Of a DNA stretch of 64,000 bases, positions 58,740 through 64,000 are shown piece by piece (positions within the stretch are counted from its first letter, which is position 1; each line of letters begins with the position of its first letter). This DNA comes from Gemmatimonadota bacterium. Lineage in GTDB: Bacteria > JAAXHH01. The stretch is taken from NCBI GenBank assembly GCA_026706345.1, contig JAPOYX010000184.1:3465-67464 (forward strand), given 5' to 3'. Under the pieces are notes generated by a model. That model was not told the DNA's origin. It searched no databases and saw nothing but the letters and a program-made list of their open reading frames with translations. A program made the translations under genes and the position numbers.

Positions 58740-59951
58740 TCAAGTGGTGTATTCCGCGTTCACGGTTACATATTCGTGGGACATGTCGCAGGTCCAGACT
58801 GTCGCTGTGCCGTCTCCCAGCTTGAGGTCGATTTCGACGGGGATTTCACTGGCGGAAAGCGCTTCCCGCATGGCCGGTTCGTCGAGGGGAAGCCCCCGCC
58901 CGTCCCGGGTCAGTTGGTGGCCGCACAGGAACAGATCGATGGCGTCCGGGTCCGATTCGGCGTCCGCGTACCCGACGGCGCAGAGGATCCGGCCCCAGTT
59001 GGGATCGTGGCCGTAGATGGCCGTCTTCACGAGGGCTGAATTCGCCACGCTCATGCCGATCGTCCGGGCGTCCTCGTCCGACCGGGCGCCCCGCACACGG
59101 ATCTCAACGAGTTTGGTCGCGCCTTCGCCGTCCCGGGCGATCTTCTTCGCCAGGTCGGTGCAGACGTGCTCCAGCGCTTCGGCGAACCGCTCGTAGGCGT
59201 CCCCGTCGGGCTGCGTGATCGCCGGGTTGCCCGCGGCGCCGTTGGCCAGGATGAACACGGTGTCGTTCGTGCTCATGTCCCCGTCGACGGTGATGCAGTT
59301 GAAGGAGTTGCCGACGGCCCGTCGCAGGGCCGCCTGCAGGGCCCCCGGCGCGATGGCGGCGTCCGTCGTGACCACGCCGATCATCGTGGCCATGTCCGGG
59401 CAGATCATGCCCGCGCCCTTGGCGATCCCGCCGACCACCGCGGCCGTACCGCCGAGATCGCACCGCACCGCGCAGGTCTTGGGCACCGTGTCGGTCGTCA
59501 TGATCGACTCGGCGGCGTCCGGGTCCGGCCCTAGCGGCTGCCGGTCCAGCGCTTCACGGATGCCTTCGCGGATTACGTCCATGGGCAGTGGCCGGCCGAT
59601 GACCCCGGTGGAAGCGACGAGGATCTCGCTCGCGGGCACGGACAGCCCTTCGGCCACCAGGGCGGCCATTTCCCGGGCGTCCGCCATGCCGGGTTCGCCA
59701 TTGCAGGCGTTGGCGTTGCCGCTGTTGACCACGACGGCCCGCGCCATGCCCGTCTGCAGATGGGCCCTGGAGAGGATCACCGGTGCGGCCTGCACCCGAT
59801 TCGTGGTGAACACCCCCGCCGCGGAGGCAGAACCGCCCGCGTCGATCACTACCAGGTCCTTGCGGCTACCCTTCGGACTGTTGATGCCGCAGCTCGCCGT
59901 GTTGACCAGGAACCCTTTCGGCGCCAGCACGCCCCCGTCTAACGTCTGCAT
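58740..59951 (-). CDS. argJ: bifunctional glutamate N-acetyltransferase / amino-acid acetyltransferase ArgJ
   Basis: ORF 58740..60083 trimmed to ATG 59951 (MQTLDGGVLAPKGF...). Autoprocessing region PDMATMIGVVTTDA. Ends ...VTVNAEYTT. Confidence 0.92.
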   Translation of the reverse strand: MQTLDGGVLAPKGFLVNTASCGINSPKGSRKDLVVIDAGGSASAAGVFTTNRVQAAPVILSRAHLQTGMARAVVVNSGNANACNGEPGMADAREMAALVAEGLSVPASEILVASTGVIGRPLPMDVIREGIREALDRQPLGPDPDAAESIMTTDTVPKTCAVRCDLGGTAAVVGGIAKGAGMICPDMATMIGVVTTDAAIAPGALQAALRRAVGNSFNCITVDGDMSTNDTVFILANGAAGNPAITQPDGDAYERFAEALEHVCTDLAKKIARDGEGATKLVEIRVRGARSDEDARTIGMSVANSALVKTAIYGHDPNWGRILCAVGYADAESDPDAIDLFLCGHQLTRDGRGLPLDEPAMREALSASEIPVEIDLKLGDGTATVWTCDMSHEYVTVNAEYTT

Positions 59952-59953
59952 GG

Positions 59954-62900
59954 TCAAACCCTCGCTTCTTTCAACGTCTCGTGCCACTCCTGCAGGCTCT
60001 TCACCGAGATCTCGCGGCCCTCGTTCTTGAGCGCCTGGATGGCCTTGACTGCGGACCAGGCCGCCGAGAGGGTGGTGATGCACGGGATGTTCGCCTCAAT
60101 GGCCGCGCGGCGGATCATGTAGTCGTCGTCCCGCGCGCTTTTGCCCAGGGGCGTGTTGATGATCAACTGGATGTCGTTCCGCCGGATGTGGTCCACGATG
60201 TGCGGTTCGCCCTCCCAGACCTTGTTGACCCGTACCACCTCCAGTCCGGCATCTTCCAGGGTCTGGGCGGTACCGCTCGTCGCCATGATCGTGAAGCCCA
60301 GCCCATCGAGCTCCCGGGCGATGTCGACGACGTTCTCGTGGTCGAAGGCGTTGACGCTGACCAGGACGGTGCCGGACAGGGGAAGGGAGCCGCCCGCCGC
60401 GCTCTGTCCCTTGGCGAAGGCGATACCCGGTTCCTCGTAAATGCCCATGACTTCGCCGGTGGACTTCATCTCCGGTCCGAGCAGGCTGTCCGACCCGGCG
60501 AACTTCACGAAGGGCAGTACGACCTCCTTCACCGAGGCGTAGGGCGGGATGATCTCCGCGGTGAACCCGAGTTCGCGCAGCGTCTTCCCCACCATGACCC
60601 GCGCCGCGAGCTGGGCCAGCGGGACGCCGATGGCCTTGGACACGAAGGGTATCGTCCGCGAGGCGCGCGGGTTGACTTCCAGCACGTAGACGACGTCGTT
60701 CTTAATGGCGAACTGCGCGTTGATCAGGCCGACGACGTTGAGGCTCCGTGCCAGGGCATGGATGTAGTTCCTCATCGTTTCGATGTGCATCGGCTTGACC
60801 ATGTAGGGCGGCAGTACGCAGGCGCTGTCCCCGGAATGGATGCCCGCTTCTTCGATGTGTTCCATCATCCCGCCCACGACGACGTCCGTGCCGTCGGAGA
60901 TGGCGTCCACATCGTATTCGAAGGCGTCCTCCAGGAACTTGTCGATGAGGATGGGGTGCTCGGGGGACACGTGGACGGCGGTGCGCATGTAGGCTTTCAG
61001 TGAGTCGTCGTCGTAAACCAGGGCCATGTTGCGGCCGCCGAGGACGTAGGAAGGCCGCACCAGCACGGGGTATCCGATCTCGCTCGCCACCTCCAGGGCC
61101 TCTTCGAAGGAGAAGACCGTCCCGTGGGGCGGATGGGGGATGCCCAGCGCCTTCGTCAGGGCGCCGAACCGCTTGCGGTCCTCGGCCAGGTCGATGCTGT
61201 CCGGCGACGTGCCGATGACGGGTACGCCCGCGCGTTCGAGCGGCAGGGCCAGCTTGAGGGGCGTCTGGCCGCCGAATTGGACGATCACGCCATCCGGTTT
61301 TTCCGTCTCGATGATGTTCATCACGTCTTCGAAGGTGAGGGGCTCGAAGAACAGCCGGTCCGAGATGTCGTAATCGGTGCTTACGGTCTCCGGGTTGCTG
61401 TTGACCATAATGGTTTCGTACCCGTCCTCCTTCAGGGCCATGACCGCCTGCACGCAGCAGTAGTCGAACTCGATCCCTTGGCCGATGCGGTTCGGTCCAC
61501 CGCCCAGGATCATGATGGTCTTCCGCGTCTTGGGCCGGGTCTCGTTCTCGGTCTCGTAGGTCGAATAGTAGTAGGGCGTCATGGCCTCGAACTCGGCGGC
61601 GCAGGTATCCACGGTCTTGAACACGGCGTCCACGTTCGCTTCGATGCGCCGGTTGCGCACCGACCGTTCGTCGCTGCCGGTCAGGTGGGCGATCTGCACG
61701 TCGGAGAAACCGGCCTGCTTGGCCTTGTGCAGCAGGTTCCGGGGCATGGACCCGTTCCGGTGCGCGCCGATTTCGTCCTCGAGTTCGACGATGTCCCGCA
61801 GGTTGTGGAGAAACCAGGGATCGACCCCCGTCAACGCGTAGATCTCCTCGATGGGCATGCCGAGCTGGAGGGCGGTCTTGATCTGGAAGATGCGCTCCGC
61901 CGTGGGCCGGGGCATCTGTTGCCTGAGATCGTTCAGCGCGCTGTCCAGCTGCTCCGGGGTCAGCGACGCGGCGTCGACCGCCTCCTTGCCGTCGCCGCCG
62001 AGGCCGTGACGGTCGATTTCCAGGCCCCGTAATCCTTTCTGGACCGCTTCCTTGAACGTCCTGCCGATGGCCATGGTCTCGCCCACCGACTTCATCTGCG
62101 TGCCGAGCTGCGTATCGGCGTTGGGGAATTTTTCGAAGGCCCACCGCGGGATCTTCACCACCACGTAGTCGATGGTGGGCTCGAAGGAAGCAGGCGTTTC
62201 GCGGGTAATGTCGTTGGGTATTTCGTCCAGCGTGTATCCGACGGCCAGTTTCGCGGCGATCTTCGCGATGGGGAAGCCGGTGGCCTTGGAAGCCAGGGCG
62301 GAACTGCGCGACACGCGGGGGTTCATCTCGATGGCCAGGATGCGGCCGTTTTCCGGGCTGACGGCGAACTGGATGTTGGATCCGCCCGTCTCCACGCCGA
62401 TTTCCCGGATCACCTTGATCGAGGCGTCCCGGAGCGCCTGGTACTCCTTGTCCGTGAGAGTCTGGGCAGGCGCGACCGTGATGCTGTCGCCGGTGTGCAC
62501 GCCCATGGGATCGAAGTTTTCGATGGAGCAGATGATCACCACGTTGTCGGCCAGGTCCCGCATCACCTCGAGCTCGAACTCCTTCCAGCCGATGACCGAC
62601 TCCTCGATCAGCACCTCGGTGATGGGACTCGTGTACAGGCCCCATTCGACGGCTTCCGCGTATTCCGATTCGCTGCGGGCGATGCTTCCGCCCGCGCCGC
62701 CCAGGGTGAAGGCCGGGCGGATGATGGCGGGGAACCCCGTATCCCGTACCAGTTCCCAGGCCTCTTCGACGGTCCGCGCGAAGCCTCCCCGCGGCACCTC
62801 CAGGCCGATGCGTTCCATGGCTTTCTGAAACAGCTCCCGGTCCTCCGCCATCTTGATGGCTTCGAGCTTGGCGCCGATGAGTTCGACTCCGTAGCGATCC

Positions 62901-63223
62901 AGCGTGCCCGACTCGGCGAGTTCGACGGCGACGTTCAGGGCGGTCTGCCCACCGAGCGTGGGCAGCAGCACGTCGGGGCTTTCGCGCCGTATGATCTTCT
63001 CCACGTATTCCGCGGTAATGGGTTCGACGTAGGTACGGTCCGCCATGTCCGGGTCCGTCATGATCGTGGCCGGATTGCTGTTGATCAGCACGACCCGGTA
63101 ACCCTCTTCCCGGAGCGCCCTGCAGGCCTGGGTGCCGGAATAGTCGAACTCGCAGGCCTGTCCGATTACGATCGGTCCGGACCCGATGATCAGAATGGAT
63201 TCAATGTCGGTGCGTTTCGGCAA
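59954..63223 (-). CDS. carB: carbamoyl-phosphate synthase large subunit
   Basis: 1089 aa; TTG start. Duplicated ATP-grasp halves ([21 protein letters not shown] and [20 protein letters not shown]). C-terminal MGS-like domain. Confidence 0.97.
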   Translation of the reverse strand: MPKRTDIESILIIGSGPIVIGQACEFDYSGTQACRALREEGYRVVLINSNPATIMTDPDMADRTYVEPITAEYVEKIIRRESPDVLLPTLGGQTALNVAVELAESGTLDRYGVELIGAKLEAIKMAEDRELFQKAMERIGLEVPRGGFARTVEEAWELVRDTGFPAIIRPAFTLGGAGGSIARSESEYAEAVEWGLYTSPITEVLIEESVIGWKEFELEVMRDLADNVVIICSIENFDPMGVHTGDSITVAPAQTLTDKEYQALRDASIKVIREIGVETGGSNIQFAVSPENGRILAIEMNPRVSRSSALASKATGFPIAKIAAKLAVGYTLDEIPNDITRETPASFEPTIDYVVVKIPRWAFEKFPNADTQLGTQMKSVGETMAIGRTFKEAVQKGLRGLEIDRHGLGGDGKEAVDAASLTPEQLDSALNDLRQQMPRPTAERIFQIKTALQLGMPIEEIYALTGVDPWFLHNLRDIVELEDEIGAHRNGSMPRNLLHKAKQAGFSDVQIAHLTGSDERSVRNRRIEANVDAVFKTVDTCAAEFEAMTPYYYSTYETENETRPKTRKTIMILGGGPNRIGQGIEFDYCCVQAVMALKEDGYETIMVNSNPETVSTDYDISDRLFFEPLTFEDVMNIIETEKPDGVIVQFGGQTPLKLALPLERAGVPVIGTSPDSIDLAEDRKRFGALTKALGIPHPPHGTVFSFEEALEVASEIGYPVLVRPSYVLGGRNMALVYDDDSLKAYMRTAVHVSPEHPILIDKFLEDAFEYDVDAISDGTDVVVGGMMEHIEEAGIHSGDSACVLPPYMVKPMHIETMRNYIHALARSLNVVGLINAQFAIKNDVVYVLEVNPRASRTIPFVSKAIGVPLAQLAARVMVGKTLRELGFTAEIIPPYASVKEVVLPFVKFAGSDSLLGPEMKSTGEVMGIYEEPGIAFAKGQSAAGGSLPLSGTVLVSVNAFDHENVVDIARELDGLGFTIMATSGTAQTLEDAGLEVVRVNKVWEGEPHIVDHIRRNDIQLIINTPLGKSARDDDYMIRRAAIEANIPCITTLSAAWSAVKAIQALKNEGREISVKSLQEWHETLKEARV

Positions 63224-63384
63224 GATGATCCTCGCGGGGGGACCGCGTCGCGCCCCGGTTATTCCATCCAGGGTATTCCATATTGAAGCGGTTTAAGCAA
63301 ATCGTTTGAATATATACGCGGGGAGCCCGTCCTGCAACGTTAAAACCGGGCGGGAGCGCGCGCGGCGGGCGCAGGTGGGGAATC

Positions 63385-64000
63385 TCATTCCAGCGACTGG
63401 AGAAGCACCTCTTGGGCAGCTTCGAAGCCGGGCGCGATTTCCAGGGCCTTCAGCGCGGCCTTCCTGGCGTCATCCTTTCGTCCCGCCGCCAGGTACGCGC
63501 GGGCCAGGTCGTACTGCGCCTGGACCCGGTCGGTGGTTTCTACCGCCAGCGCGGCCTCGTACTCCGGCACGGCGAGGTTCGCCCTTCCATCCCGTTCGTA
63601 CGCGCCGCCGCGCATCTTGCGGACCTCTCCGTCGAAGGGATCGATCATGACGGCGCGTTCCAGGATGCGGAGCGCGTCCCCGCGCCGCCCCTCCCGAGCG
63701 TAGAGCCCGGCCAGCGTCTTGCAGGACGCGATGTCGTCCTCGTCGATGGCGGTAAGCGCCTCGAGGACCTTCATCGCCGCTTCCGTGTTTTCCTGCGCGA
63801 GGTAAATGGCCGCCAGCAATTCATGGGGATTGCCGGGATGGGTGTAATGCCCGTAGAGGGACCTGGCGCGTTCAAGCGGCGCGATGGCTTCTTCGTATCG
63901 TTTCTGCGCGTGCAACGCCTGGCCCAGCATCAGGTGGGCGTAGAAGCTCTCCGGGTTGCCGGCGGCCATCGCGTCCAGTTCAGCCACGGTCAACTTCTCG
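63385..64000 (-). CDS. tetratricopeptide-repeat protein, 3' part (open to the window end)
   Basis: TPR-like A-x-x-x-Y/L-x-x-A-x-x-x-x-P repeats (GQALHAQKRYEEAIAPLERA; LAAIYLAQENTEAAMKVLEA; LARAYLAAGRKDDARKAALKALEIAP). The reading frame is still open at 64000. Confidence 0.7.
   Translation of the reverse strand, partial: EKLTVAELDAMAAGNPESFYAHLMLGQALHAQKRYEEAIAPLERARSLYGHYTHPGNPHELLAAIYLAQENTEAAMKVLEALTAIDEDDIASCKTLAGLYAREGRRGDALRILERAVMIDPFDGEVRKMRGGAYERDGRANLAVPEYEAALAVETTDRVQAQYDLARAYLAAGRKDDARKAALKALEIAPGFEAAQEVLLQSLE

Overview
This is a 64-kb piece of a high-G+C bacterial chromosome that spans the replication origin. All calls come from reading the sequence and the ORF track only; no database search was run. 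Family names come from recognised motifs, and start codons are best guesses. The organism looks like a diderm: it has YidC with a large periplasmic domain, a Ccm system and a DUF1207 protein. Promoters look sigma70-type (TTGACA) and the helicase-loader candidate is DciA-type. The taxon cannot be assigned from sequence alone.

Origin core: rpmH-rnpA-yidD-yidC-mnmE-mnmG-rsmG lie on the plus strand (47.8-54.5 kb). Next come dnaA, then oriC in the dnaA-dnaN spacer (45.3-46.0 kb) with five perfect DnaA boxes and a unwinding element of roughly 20% G+C. dnaN-recF-dciA-gyrB-gyrA follow on the minus strand. Gene orientation flips at this point.

Left of the origin, in order moving away from it:
- A LysW carrier-protein amino-acid biosynthesis cluster (29.9-37.6 kb) with two RimK-type ligases, an embedded hisS and an internal candidate leader-peptide attenuator.
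- A MoxR-VWA-DUF4159 triplet.
- A variant System I cytochrome c maturation operon. Its CcmE has Cys at the haem-binding position, there is no ccmH, ccmD is missing from the ORF track, and two extra CcmI-motif genes are inserted.
- trmJ, truA and an orphan ecfT preceded by a promoter-driven rod-shaped RNA of about 181 nt that resembles 6S RNA.
- A secreted orphan protein and an AT-rich spacer carrying a 4 x 21-bp direct-repeat array.
- thrC, a DUF1207 protein, acnA, gap and a single-polypeptide sensor kinase/response regulator with DNA-binding output.
- An 873-aa secreted orphan with an 18-bp coding tandem repeat.
- An AT-shifted block of membrane proteins, an M48 peptidase and a small glycine-zipper secreted peptide.

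Right of the origin block: two tandem moeA genes, pepP, argJ, carB and a partial TPR gene.

No rRNA, tRNA, CRISPR array, transposase or integrase was recognised. Many long ORFs in the track are antisense shadows of real genes, which is typical of high-G+C DNA.
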